Both the position numbers and the translations under genes were made by a program. Below are positions 18,698-29,762 of a DNA stretch of 64,000 nucleotides, piece by piece. The DNA is taken from assembly GCA_038230375.1 (NCBI GenBank), contig JBBRNJ010000008.1, forward strand, positions 101,045 through 165,044. The letters run 5' to 3'. The first letter of the stretch is position 1; every line of letters starts with the position of its first letter. The DNA is from Polyangiales bacterium (GTDB lineage: Bacteria; Myxococcota_A; Polyangia; Polyangiales; Polyangiaceae). Under the pieces are notes generated by a model that did not search any database, had not been told where the DNA came from, and saw only the letters and a program-made list of their open reading frames with translations.

Positions 18698-19356
18698 GCG
18701 AGAAGCCGGATCTGCGCGCCGCCATTCTTGCGGCGGTGAAGAAGGAGCCATCGGCCACGCGCACGGAGGTCTCGGCCCACGTGCGGCTGGTGCTCACCGT
18801 CGCGGGGATCGGGCTCGCCCTGGCCTTCTTCGTGCTCGGAGGCGTGAAGCTCGGCGATCGCCCTGTCTCGTTTGTCCTCCACATCGCGCTCGTCTGGTCG
18901 ATGGTCGCGGCGGCGTCCGCGCTCGCGCTCTTGCGTCGTGGCGCGACGGGGCTCGGTGCTCCCACTGCGACGTTGCTCGGCGTGGGCATGGCGGTCGCGC
19001 CGCTGCTCGCGGCGAGCTACCTGGGCCTACACGTGTCCGACGCACCTGGGATTGGCCACGACCACGTGGGAGCGCTCGCGCACCCGATGTGCTTCATCAT
19101 GACCATCGCGTTCACCATCGCTCCTTTCGCGGTCTTTGCGGCGCTGCGTCGCGGCGCTGACCCGGTGCACCCGGCCGCAACGGGCGCGATCGCAGGCGCA
19201 GCAAGCGCGGCGGTCGGAGGTGTGGCGATCACGCTGCACTGCCCGCTCTCGGCGGACCTTCACGTGCTGCTCGGGCATGCGCTGCCCGCTGTCGTGATGC
19301 TGCTCGTAGGGTTCGCGCTCGGGCCGCGGATTTTCGGCGTGCGCGCAGCGCGGTAA
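18694..19356 (+). CDS. NrsF/DUF1109-family membrane anti-sigma factor
   Basis: About 6 TM; conserved Cys and LHCP...H..GH; ATGA overlap with the sigma factor. Confidence 0.82.
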   Translation: MSEKPDLRAAILAAVKKEPSATRTEVSAHVRLVLTVAGIGLALAFFVLGGVKLGDRPVSFVLHIALVWSMVAAASALALLRRGATGLGAPTATLLGVGMAVAPLLAASYLGLHVSDAPGIGHDHVGALAHPMCFIMTIAFTIAPFAVFAALRRGADPVHPAATGAIAGAASAAVGGVAITLHCPLSADLHVLLGHALPAVVMLLVGFALGPRIFGVRAAR

Positions 19357-19383
19357 CGCGGAAGTTCGTGTACGCTCGGAGGC

Positions 19384-20241
19384 ATGGCATCGCGCGCGCT
19401 TCTGGCTCCGTTGGTCACCACGCTTGCTGTGTCGGCGGCGCTCTTCGTGCCCGGCTGTGGTGGCGGGCAGTCGCAGGTGTCGTTCGTTTCTCAGGAGCGA
19501 CCGGACAACGGAGGCGAGACCAGCGTGCGCCTCCACAGCGAGCCCGGCGGCGAGCGAGAGCTCCCCTCCGACTCCGAGATCGTCGAGCCCGAGCACCCGC
19601 TCGTGGGCACCAAGTCCGAGCGCGCGCTCGTCCACATCCACACGCCCGACGGAGTCTGCTCGGGTGCGGTCGTCGGCGCGAGCACGGTCGTGACTGCGCA
19701 GCAGTGCATCAAGGGCTTTCCGGCGGGCTCCAACATCGTCCCCGAGGGGCGTGATTTCCACGTGGAGGTCGCCTCCAGCTCTCTCACCTGGACGCAGCGG
19801 CGCGTGAAGAAGATCGTTCTCCCGTCGTGCGAATGGGCGGACCTGGACGTCGCGGCGCTGATCCTGGAGAGCCCGGTGGAGTGGGTCGTCCCGCTCACGG
19901 TCGGCACCATGCCCGGCCCCGGCGCAATGGTCGAGGCGCTCGGCTTTGGAACGTGCCCGGGCGAGCCGCACACGAAGGTCTCGCACCAGGGCGGCATCCT
20001 CAACGTCGAGAGCGAGGCCTCCGTCGTGGACGTGCGCCTGTGCCGTGGCGACGTCGGCGGGCCAATCGTCGATCACGCTGGCGGCGACATCGTTGGCATC
20101 ATCTCGCACCGCGACGATCCGGAAGGCTCACCGCGCCAGACCACCACGGTCTTCCGCCTGGACACGCCCTCCTCACGCGAGCTCCTGCAGCTGGCGGAGA
20201 AGTCGGAGCCCGGAAAGCTCAGCATCGCCTGCAAGCGCTGA
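19384..20241 (+). CDS. Trypsin-like (S1) lipoprotein, catalytic His and Ser substituted
   Basis: CSGAVV..VVTAQQC, DVAAL, CRGDVGGP; lipobox VPGC. Confidence 0.8.
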   Translation: MASRALLAPLVTTLAVSAALFVPGCGGGQSQVSFVSQERPDNGGETSVRLHSEPGGERELPSDSEIVEPEHPLVGTKSERALVHIHTPDGVCSGAVVGASTVVTAQQCIKGFPAGSNIVPEGRDFHVEVASSSLTWTQRRVKKIVLPSCEWADLDVAALILESPVEWVVPLTVGTMPGPGAMVEALGFGTCPGEPHTKVSHQGGILNVESEASVVDVRLCRGDVGGPIVDHAGGDIVGIISHRDDPEGSPRQTTTVFRLDTPSSRELLQLAEKSEPGKLSIACKR

Positions 20242-20272
20242 CCTCCCGATCGCCTGTCCCCCCACACACAGC

Positions 20273-20737
20273 TCAGGGCCTCTTCTGTAGACGCAAGGAA
20301 CGTCGCGCTTCTCCGTCCGCTTGCGACGCGCGGACGTGATCCGAGTCCATCACCAGCGGTGGCACCTTCGTGGGCTTGCGATCGTCGTCGATGGCGACGA
20401 AGGTGAGCCGTGCATCGACGCACGGCCACCGCGCGCCGGTTCGCGAGTCCTCGCCCTCCACGACGACCTCGATCTCCATCGACGTGCTGAAGACCGCGTT
20501 GACGACCGCGTGCAGCCGCACGACCTCGCCGACCTTCACCGGCTTCTGGAACTTGAGGTCGTCGACGAACGCGGTGACGCACAACTTCCCTGAGTGACGC
20601 TGGGCGCAGATCGCCGCGCACAGATCGACCCATGCCATGATCTGGCCGCCGAACACGTTGCCCATGGCGTTCGCGTGCTGAGGCAGGACGTACTCGGTCA
20701 TGTCCGTGCGCGAGACGCTCTGATGTCGGGACTCCAT
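20273..20737 (-). CDS. Acyl-CoA thioesterase (hotdog fold, YciA-like)
   Basis: PQHANAMGNVFGGQIMAWVD, TSMEI and TFVAID motifs. Confidence 0.92.
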   Translation of the reverse strand: MESRHQSVSRTDMTEYVLPQHANAMGNVFGGQIMAWVDLCAAICAQRHSGKLCVTAFVDDLKFQKPVKVGEVVRLHAVVNAVFSTSMEIEVVVEGEDSRTGARWPCVDARLTFVAIDDDRKPTKVPPLVMDSDHVRASQADGEARRSLRLQKRP

Positions 20738-20829
20738 CCCGAGGAGCTTGTCCTCGAAAGCGCGAAAACGAAACGGCTCATCGAAAAAAGCACCGGACCG
20801 CCTTGCACGATCGCGGATCGCGGGTTAAT

Positions 20830-20847
20830 GAATGAACGTTCACTCCG
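20830..20847. promoter_or_regulatory. Palindromic operator immediately before the TetR start
   Basis: GAATGAACGTTCACTCCG; identical copy at 21564-21581. Confidence 0.8.
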
Positions 20848-21435
20848 ATGCGCGCCTCCCAAACAGCTACGCGAGATCCCGAGCAAAAACGAGAGGCTAT
20901 CCTCGACGCCGCGCTCGAGCTCTTTGCGGACCGCGGCTTCCACGGCACCTCGATCCCGGATCTGGCGGAGCGAGCCAAGGTGGCCGCCGGGACGATCTAC
21001 CGGTACTTCGCGAGCAAGGAGGCGCTCGTGAACGCGGTCTACCAGCGCGAGAAGATGGCGCTCGCGAAGGCGCTCGTTCCGAAGGACATGTCGACGTCGG
21101 CGCGCCTCATGCTGCACGCGTTCTTCGTCGCTGCCTGCCGCTACGCGCGCGAGCGCCCGCTCTCGCTCGCGTTCCTGGAGCACCACCATCACAAGGACTA
21201 TCTGGACCAGGCGAGCCGCGATCTCGAGCAGCGAATGTTCGCGCCGGCCCTGATCTTCCTGCGCCAGGCGCAGGAGCAGATGGCGGTGAAGAAGTGCGAG
21301 CCGGAGATGCTCATCGCGCTCGTGTGGGGCATGTTCAACGGCCTCGTGCGTGGTCACGAGGAGAAGAGATTCGCGCTCGACCCGAAGGCGCTCGCTGAAG
21401 CCGAAGAGTGCATCTGGCAGGCGATCAGGGCGTAG
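20848..21435 (+). CDS. TetR/AcrR-family regulator
   Basis: ILDAALELFADRGFHGT...GTIYRYFASKEAL helix-turn-helix. Confidence 0.95.
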   Translation: MRASQTATRDPEQKREAILDAALELFADRGFHGTSIPDLAERAKVAAGTIYRYFASKEALVNAVYQREKMALAKALVPKDMSTSARLMLHAFFVAACRYARERPLSLAFLEHHHHKDYLDQASRDLEQRMFAPALIFLRQAQEQMAVKKCEPEMLIALVWGMFNGLVRGHEEKRFALDPKALAEAEECIWQAIRA

Positions 21436-21440
21436 GCGAA

Positions 21441-21542
21441 GGTCGAGGTCGAGGTCGAGGTCGAGGTCGAGGTCGAGGTCGAGGTCGAGGTCGAGGTCGA
21501 GGTCGAGGTCGAGGTCGAGGTCGAGGTTGAGGTCGAGGTTGG
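21441..21542. repeat. Hexanucleotide microsatellite (GGTCGA)n
   Basis: 14 perfect units at 21441-21524, then GGTTGA GGTCGA GGTTGG; intergenic. Confidence 0.95.
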
Positions 21543-21563
21543 GGCTTGAAGTTTGGCTTTGCG

Positions 21564-21581
21564 GAATGAACGTTCACTCCG
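21564..21581. promoter_or_regulatory. Second copy of the TetR operator, upstream of the SDR gene
   Basis: GAATGAACGTTCACTCCG. Confidence 0.8.
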
Positions 21582-21618
21582 TGCTTATCGAAGAACATAG
21601 AGAAGAAGGAGCATTGTC

Positions 21619-22512
21619 ATGAAGAAGCTCGTTATTTTGGTGACCGGCGCAACGTCTGGAATTGGCCGCCATGCGGCGCTTTCGCTCGCGAAGGAGGGCC
21701 ACCACGTGATCGCGGCTGGTCGTCGTGAGGCGGCGCTCGCTTCGCTCTCCGAGGAGGCGAAGAAGGCTGGTGCGCGCATCGACGGGCTTCGTGTCGACGT
21801 GACCTCGCAGACCTCGATCGAGGACGCGGTTGCGAAGGTGAACGAGCTGACGGACGGCCATGGCATCGACGCGTTGGTGAACAACGCAGGCTACGGCCAG
21901 ACGGGCCCGCTCGAGACCGTGGGCGACAAGGAGCTCCGCGCGCAGTTCGACACCAACGTGTTTGGCCTCATGGCGATGACGCGCGCGTTCCTTCCGCAGA
22001 TGCGCGAGCGCGGCTTCGGTCGCATCGTGAACATCGGGAGCATGGGCGGCCTGATCACGTTTCCGATGATGGGCGCGTACCACGCCACCAAGTATGCCGT
22101 CGAGGCGCTCTCGGACGCTCTCCGCGTGGAGCTCAAGAGCTTCGGCATCGATGTCTCATTGGTCGAGCCCGGCGCCATCAACACGGAGTTCAACGACCGC
22201 GCCGTGGCCGCGCTTGCAGAGGTGACGGAGAACAACCCGGCCGCCGCCGCGTACGGGGCCGCGCTTGCGAAGGTGGACCAGTACAAGGCCACGTTCGAGA
22301 AGACCGCCGCCGGGCCGGAGGTCGTCACGAAGGTCATTCGCCACGCGATCGTGAGCAAGCGCCCACGTGCACGTTACCTTGTGCCGTTCAGTGCGCAGTT
22401 CCTGGTCTCCGTCCTGCGCGCAATGCCCACGCGCATGTCCGACGCGATCATGCGCTGGGCGCTCGGCCTCTCGCGCGCGAAGGCGCAGCTCACTACGGCG
22501 GAAGCGTCCTGA
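21619..22512 (+). CDS. Classical SDR oxidoreductase
   Basis: TGATSGIG, NNAG and YHATK motifs; strong RBS AAGGAG. Confidence 0.95.
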   Translation: MKKLVILVTGATSGIGRHAALSLAKEGHHVIAAGRREAALASLSEEAKKAGARIDGLRVDVTSQTSIEDAVAKVNELTDGHGIDALVNNAGYGQTGPLETVGDKELRAQFDTNVFGLMAMTRAFLPQMRERGFGRIVNIGSMGGLITFPMMGAYHATKYAVEALSDALRVELKSFGIDVSLVEPGAINTEFNDRAVAALAEVTENNPAAAAYGAALAKVDQYKATFEKTAAGPEVVTKVIRHAIVSKRPRARYLVPFSAQFLVSVLRAMPTRMSDAIMRWALGLSRAKAQLTTAEAS

Positions 22513-24619
22513 CGTCCAGGTTCCACGGGCCCTTCGCGCCATTGAAGCCATCCACCTGGACCCAGTACTGGCCTGGTACGAGCGTGAGATCCAGGAAGCT
22601 GCGCTGCGCAGTGAAGCCGACGTAGCAGGCGTTCGGCACCTCCGTGGCCGGGCACACCGCGCCCGTGCGGATGTCCAGGATGGTGGCGTACGTGGAGCCG
22701 CTCATGTCGAAGATCATCCGCTGCGCCGCGGTCAGGTTCAGCGCGAAGATCTGATCAGGCGCGCCGCCCGGAGGTGCACCGTCCACGTCGCAACCGGCGT
22801 TGAACTCGTGCATCGCGTTGGTGGTGTCTCCCGTGTAGAAGCCGCCGCTCGCGGAGAGCGCGATGGGTGACATGCAGTTGTCCGAGCCACCACCCACGTT
22901 CGTTGCCGTTGCGGTGGGTCGCGTGAGGACCGTGAGGCTTGCAGGGTGGCCCTGCAGATCCGCGACCACGATGCGGTAGCTTCCGGCAGCCAGATTTCGC
23001 TTCGAGATGCGGATGGGCGTGGCGCCCTTGGTGCACGTGAGCACGTCCGCTGGCGTGCACCCGGGCTTGTTCAGCGACACAGCCCCGAAATCGCCCTGCA
23101 CGAAGCGCCCCACAATGAGCACGTCACTCGGAACCAGAAGCTCGAGGTCGTACGCCGCGTTCGGCGCGCCCCCGAGGCACCCGTTGCGGATCGCGTCCTC
23201 CTGCGCGGACAGATCGATATCGATCTCACCGTTCTGCGGAGCCGCCGGTGCCGTCGCGCAGGTCTGGTTCGGTGGCGGCAAGGTGGGCGGGTAGGTCTGC
23301 ACAAGGAGGCTCGCGTCGATGCTCGCGGTGGCGCTGACGGCGAGCACGTAGGTGCCCGCCTGCAGGTTGCGCGCGAAGAGCGGAGGCACGTTGCCGACGC
23401 GGCAGCGGAGCTCGTCGGTGCAGATCGCGGCGCGCAGGCTCAGGACCGCGTTGCCGTCACCGGCGGTGGTGGTCGCGAGCACGCGGACGTCGCGCGCTGC
23501 GGTGAGCGTGAACGCGTACGTCAGCTCGCCGGTCTGGGCGGTGCAGTCGGACACGAGGTCGTGGCCCGCGTCCACGATCGTGACCGGAACCGGTGTATCG
23601 AGCGGGATCGCGAGCGGCGCGACGCAGCTCTCGTTCGTGGGCGCCACGGACGGCGGCAGGAAATCCACGTGAACGCCGACGCTCGCCTCCGTCTGGGTCG
23701 TGACCACGGCGTAGACGGTGGTGCCCGCGGCCACGGAGCGCGCCCTGACGCGCGTGCGTACCCCCGCGCCCGTATCCTGGCATGCGATCTCGGACGTGGC
23801 GCATGCTGAGAAGAGCGCGACGGTCGACTCTGCGTCGTTCGTGCCGGTCCACACGTCAATGTCGCTGGCGGCGTCACCCATGTTGCCGGGCGCGGTGATC
23901 GCGAGCACCACGTCGCGCGCGGCGGTCGGCGTTCCCACGTTGCAGCTCTCCACGTAGTCCTTCTTCGTTGCGACCGTGCTCACCGTGTAGCTACCTGCGG
24001 TGGTGACAGCGAGCGCGTTTGCGCACGTGTCGTTCGCCGGAAGCACGCACGGCTGTTCGTCCACCTTTCCGTTGCAGTTGTCGTCCTTGCCGTTGCTGCA
24101 GACCTCCTGCGCTTTCTCGTTCACGAGCGGATCGGTGTCATCGCAGTCGCCGCCGGTGTTCAGGCAGTGCGCGTCGGTGTCGCCGTCCTGATCGGCGTCG
24201 CGAGGCACGTGCTTGCACGACTTGTCTGTCTCCACGCACGCGTCGATGCTGCACGAGTTTTGGTCCTGACAGGTCACCACGGGCCCGGCCCTGCAGCCGG
24301 CGGTCGTGCAGACCTCCTTGCCGTTGCAGTAGATGCTGTCGTCGCAGAGCGAGTCATCCGGGATGAAGCGGCAGCGGTGGAGCGACAGATCGCAGTGGTC
24401 GCCAGTGCACGCGACCTTGTCGTCGCATTGCGCTGTGGTGTCGCACGGTCCGCCGAGCGTGGGGTCGATGGTGCTTCCGTCCGGCCCCGCCTGTGCATCG
24501 AAGTCGGACGCGGCGTCCACGCCCCCATCCGCGGGTTCGATCAGGAGGTCCTGCGCGTTCTTCTTTCCGCACGCGAGCGCGAGCAGCAGCACGCAGGTAA
24601 GCGAGAAGAAGCGACGCAC
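22493..24619 (-). CDS. Cys-rich lipoprotein with MopE-like metal-binding repeat and about 4 repeated beta-sandwich (PPC-like) domains
   Basis: Lipobox ALAC; CDDxxxCTxDxC repeats; DCDDTDPLVN..AQEVCSNGKDDNC; repeated N[DEQ][TS]C...L.AG.Y modules. Confidence 0.8.
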   Translation of the reverse strand: MRRFFSLTCVLLLALACGKKNAQDLLIEPADGGVDAASDFDAQAGPDGSTIDPTLGGPCDTTAQCDDKVACTGDHCDLSLHRCRFIPDDSLCDDSIYCNGKEVCTTAGCRAGPVVTCQDQNSCSIDACVETDKSCKHVPRDADQDGDTDAHCLNTGGDCDDTDPLVNEKAQEVCSNGKDDNCNGKVDEQPCVLPANDTCANALAVTTAGSYTVSTVATKKDYVESCNVGTPTAARDVVLAITAPGNMGDAASDIDVWTGTNDAESTVALFSACATSEIACQDTGAGVRTRVRARSVAAGTTVYAVVTTQTEASVGVHVDFLPPSVAPTNESCVAPLAIPLDTPVPVTIVDAGHDLVSDCTAQTGELTYAFTLTAARDVRVLATTTAGDGNAVLSLRAAICTDELRCRVGNVPPLFARNLQAGTYVLAVSATASIDASLLVQTYPPTLPPPNQTCATAPAAPQNGEIDIDLSAQEDAIRNGCLGGAPNAAYDLELLVPSDVLIVGRFVQGDFGAVSLNKPGCTPADVLTCTKGATPIRISKRNLAAGSYRIVVADLQGHPASLTVLTRPTATATNVGGGSDNCMSPIALSASGGFYTGDTTNAMHEFNAGCDVDGAPPGGAPDQIFALNLTAAQRMIFDMSGSTYATILDIRTGAVCPATEVPNACYVGFTAQRSFLDLTLVPGQYWVQVDGFNGAKGPWNLDVRTLPP

Positions 24620-24668
24620 GTGAAGAGCGTATCAGAACGCCCTGACCGCGCGACGCCCCACGAAATGC

Positions 24669-26324
<1,656 letters not shown>

Positions 26325-26348
26325 GCGCCGCACCCTAGCAAAACTGAC

Positions 26349-27917
26349 CTAGCGCTGCTTCGCCTTCATGATGCGCGCGAACGCCTCACCAGCGGCGCGC
26401 GCGAGCTCCTCGAGGCGGCGCGTGGCGATCATGGTGTCGCCCAGCTCGTCCGCGACGAGCACCACGGCGGCCTTGCCGAGCACGCGCACCGGCGCCACCG
26501 CCACGTCGCGACTGGCGCCACCCATGACGCGCAGGAGCGGCGCGTGGACGTCGTCGTGGCGTACGGCGCCCAGGTACAGTCCCTCGTTCATGGCGGTCGT
26601 GAAGATGCTTGGCGTCACGAGTGACATCGTGAGGGCCTGGAGCTGCACGCGCTCACCGAACTCCGGCGTGCACGTCCAGCCAACAAGGCCACCGCGCTTC
26701 ACCACGAACACCGCGACCTTGCGCGCCACGGCCCGCGCGCCCAGGAGCAGGAGCTCGAGGACGTGATCGCGATCCTCGGCCGCACGCAGGGCCGCGAGCA
26801 CGCTGGTGCCATCCGCGAACGGGAAGCCGGCCTGCGCGTTGTAGGGCCCGCGTGCGGTGCGTGGCGGTGGACCTGGAATGAATGAAGGCAGCGGCTCCGC
26901 GTCGTACGCGGTGTGCGGGAGCTGCGTGGGGTGCCGCTCGTAGTAGAGCGTGGCCGCGCGCTCGCGAGGTGCGTTCACGCTCATGCGCGTGAGCGGGATG
27001 GGGCGTTCGATGGCGGCGGTCGTTGGCCCGTGACCGGCGAGCGCAGGGGGGATCTGCGTGTTGCTCGTGGGTACGAGCTCCGCCGGGCGCGTCTCTTCGG
27101 GCTCCGGGACGGTGCCATAGTCGTGCGTTCCGACCTCGCTCTGCGCGAAGAGCTGCGGCCGCGAGGCGAAGCCCGGCTGCGAGTGACGGTGCGACTGCGA
27201 GTGTTGCGATACGGCGCTGGCGGGAGAACGCACCGAGGGCACGGCGGTTCCCCATGGTGGCGTCATGCTGGCGGGGCGCGGCGGCTCCTGCGAGTACATC
27301 CGCGCGCTGCTGGCGGCCGGGATCTGTCGGCGCTCGGGGACCATGGCAGCGATGATCCCGCCGGTCGGATAGTGCGACCCGCCCCGCTCCACGGCAGGCG
27401 CGCCGGGAGGCGCGGAATACGACGTCGCGTAGGGTGCAGGAAGCGCAGAGCCGCGGACGCTCGCCGCGGGCGGCATCGTGCGCGACTTGCGCGTGAGACC
27501 CTCCTCGATCGCAGCGATGGTGGCGCGGACAAGCCGCACGGGCGCCTGGAGATGGTGTTCGATCTCGAGCTTCGTGTGCGGCTCGCGTGCGTCGGCCACG
27601 GCAACGTCCACCACGCCAGTGGTCGGGTCGCGACGGATGGGGACCGCGAGCAACCGCATGCAGAGGCCCGGCGGAAGCCGCACCATGAGATCCACCATGG
27701 GCATCACGGTGCGGACCGCGGGCGCGTCCACACGTGAAAGCATGTCCTCGAGCGTGGGCGCGTCCAGCGCACCGGTGTCGAGGAGCGCACGCGGGAGGGT
27801 CGTGCCCTGCTGGAGCGCTGCATAGAGCGCCCGCTCCAACGCTTGCGGCGTGACGATCTCCGCCAGCACCAGCGCCCTCGCGAGTTCGTATCCCACGCCC
27901 CCAGTGTACCCGAACAA
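26349..27917 (-). CDS. Protein with N-terminal MshEN/GspE_N-like domain, Pro-rich linker and C-terminal GAF-like domain
   Basis: LARALVLAEIVTPQALERAL, AVPIRRD..VDVAVAD; C-terminal AVAPVRVLGKAAVVLVAD; start may be at 27896. Confidence 0.7.
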   Translation of the reverse strand: MFGYTGGVGYELARALVLAEIVTPQALERALYAALQQGTTLPRALLDTGALDAPTLEDMLSRVDAPAVRTVMPMVDLMVRLPPGLCMRLLAVPIRRDPTTGVVDVAVADAREPHTKLEIEHHLQAPVRLVRATIAAIEEGLTRKSRTMPPAASVRGSALPAPYATSYSAPPGAPAVERGGSHYPTGGIIAAMVPERRQIPAASSARMYSQEPPRPASMTPPWGTAVPSVRSPASAVSQHSQSHRHSQPGFASRPQLFAQSEVGTHDYGTVPEPEETRPAELVPTSNTQIPPALAGHGPTTAAIERPIPLTRMSVNAPRERAATLYYERHPTQLPHTAYDAEPLPSFIPGPPPRTARGPYNAQAGFPFADGTSVLAALRAAEDRDHVLELLLLGARAVARKVAVFVVKRGGLVGWTCTPEFGERVQLQALTMSLVTPSIFTTAMNEGLYLGAVRHDDVHAPLLRVMGGASRDVAVAPVRVLGKAAVVLVADELGDTMIATRRLEELARAAGEAFARIMKAKQR

Positions 27918-28217
27918 CTATTTTCCGACGCGGCCGAAATGGAAGACGATCTCGCTCTTCCGGAGCAGCCCGAGCTGATCCCGCCCGATTCGCTCGACAG
28001 CGCGCGGATCGTCGCGCAAGGCATCCACGTCCGCGCGCAGGCGGACGATCTCGCGCCGCGTGTCTGCATTCTCCGTCGTCACGTCCGCAAGCTCCTTCTC
28101 CAGCCCCCGCATGCGCGGCAGCCCTTCCGGCTTCAGGACCAGTACGGGCACGCTCACCAGCGCCACCAGCAGGATCGAGAGGGGGAGGCTTCGCTCGGCG
28201 AAGTCAGCGAAGGTCAT
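27918..28217 (-). CDS. ftsB: Septum formation initiator FtsB/DivIC family
   Basis: One TM, coiled coil, LRDDPRAVERIGRDQLGLLRKSEIVF. Confidence 0.85.
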   Translation of the reverse strand: MTFADFAERSLPLSILLVALVSVPVLVLKPEGLPRMRGLEKELADVTTENADTRREIVRLRADVDALRDDPRAVERIGRDQLGLLRKSEIVFHFGRVGK

Positions 28218-28301
28218 GATTCACCCTACGAAAGGCGGGGCCGACTGGTCCAGTTTTACGCGGTTCCCGGGCCCCGCTGGGTGGTATCTTGGGCCTCCGA
28301 G

Positions 28302-29750
28302 ATGAGCGAGTACGAGGCGGTGATCGGGCTGGAGGTGCACGCGCAGCTCCTCACCCACACGAAGATCTTCTGCGGCTGCAGCACGGCGTTCGGCAAGGCG
28401 CCCAACACGCAGGTCTGCCCGGTCTGCCTGGGCCTGCCCGGCGCGCTTCCAGTGCTGAACCGCGCCGCGGTGGAGCTTGCCGCGCGCGCGTCGCTCGCGC
28501 TCTCTGCCACCGTGCAGCACGTCAGTGTCTTCGCGCGGAAGAACTACTTCTACGCGGACCTCCCCAAGGGCTACCAGATCAGCCAGTTCGACAGGCCGCT
28601 CGCGCTCTCGGGGCACCTCGCGATTCCCTCGGTCGCTCCATCGGTTTCGGGCAACGGGCAGAAGACCGTTCGGATCCAGCGCCTCCACATGGAGGAGGAC
28701 GCCGGCAAGAACATCCACGATCGTGGCGACACGTCGATCGTCGATCTGAACCGCGCTGGCGTACCGCTGATCGAGATCGTGACGGAGCCCGATCTCGCAT
28801 CGGCGGAGGAGGCAGGCGTGTACCTCCGTGCTCTTCGAGAGATCTTGGTGTTCATCGGTGTCTCCGACGGCAACCTGGAAGAGGGGAGCTTTCGCTGCGA
28901 CGCGAACGTCTCGATCAAGAAGAAGGGCGATCCGGAGCTGGGCACGCGTGTCGAGCTGAAGAACATCAACAGCTTCAAGTTCGTCGAGAAGGCGATCAAG
29001 AGCGAGATCGCCCGCCAGGAGCTCCTGCTCTCCGACGGCGGAAAGGTCGTACGGGAGACGCGCGGATGGGACGACGTCAAGGAGTCCACGTTCACGCTGC
29101 GCAACAAGGAGGCAGCCGAGGACTACCGTTATTTCCCCGATCCGGACCTGCCCGAGCTCACGCTCAGCGTGCGCGACATCGAGAGCATTCGCAACACCCT
29201 GCCCGAGCTCCCGAAGGACAAGCGCGCGCGCTTCGTTGCGGAGCTCTCGCTCACGCCCGCGGCCGCAGAGGTGCTCACGTCGCATCCGCGCCTGGCCGCA
29301 TTCTTCGAGGAGACGGCCATGCTCACGAGCGACGGCCTGCGCGCCGCGAATTTCATCCAGAGCGAGGTCCTGCGAGACGCCGAGTTCCACGGCACCGTCG
29401 CCGCGTTCCCGGTGACACCGTCCCAGGTGGCTGGGCTCCTTGCGCTCTCCGAGTCTGGTCAGATCAGCGGCAAGCAGGCCAAGGAGGTCTATGCGAAGCT
29501 GCGCGGCACCACGCTCGATCCGAAGGCGGTGGTCTCCGAGCTTGGCATGAGCCAGCTCACTGGTCCCGCGGCGGTGCTCGCGCTGTGTGAGGAGGCAGTG
29601 CAGGCGAACGCGAAGCAGGCGGACGCGTACCGCGCGGGCAAGACGTCGCTCTTTGGGTTCTTCGTGGGCGACGTGATGAAGCGCTCCAAGGGCCGCGCCA
29701 ACCCGGGCGTCGTGAACGAGATGCTGAAGCGCCTGCTCGGATCTTCATGA
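28302..29750 (+). CDS. gatB: Asp/Glu-tRNA amidotransferase subunit B
   Basis: IGLEVHAQL, RKNYFYADLPKGYQISQ, HMEEDAGK and YRYFPDPDL motifs. Confidence 0.97.
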   Translation: MSEYEAVIGLEVHAQLLTHTKIFCGCSTAFGKAPNTQVCPVCLGLPGALPVLNRAAVELAARASLALSATVQHVSVFARKNYFYADLPKGYQISQFDRPLALSGHLAIPSVAPSVSGNGQKTVRIQRLHMEEDAGKNIHDRGDTSIVDLNRAGVPLIEIVTEPDLASAEEAGVYLRALREILVFIGVSDGNLEEGSFRCDANVSIKKKGDPELGTRVELKNINSFKFVEKAIKSEIARQELLLSDGGKVVRETRGWDDVKESTFTLRNKEAAEDYRYFPDPDLPELTLSVRDIESIRNTLPELPKDKRARFVAELSLTPAAAEVLTSHPRLAAFFEETAMLTSDGLRAANFIQSEVLRDAEFHGTVAAFPVTPSQVAGLLALSESGQISGKQAKEVYAKLRGTTLDPKAVVSELGMSQLTGPAAVLALCEEAVQANAKQADAYRAGKTSLFGFFVGDVMKRSKGRANPGVVNEMLKRLLGSS

Positions 29751-29762
29751 AGGCGGCCTGAC

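Noticed and set aside
21441..21542. Possible CRISPR array
   Set aside because: 6-bp tandem units without spacers; no cas genes
21350..21622. ORF with an (RS)n tract resembling an SR protein
   Set aside because: It is only the translation of the GGTCGA microsatellite; it overlaps tetR and the operator
28302..29750. gatB without adjacent gatC/gatA
   Set aside because: Dispersed gat genes are common in bacteria
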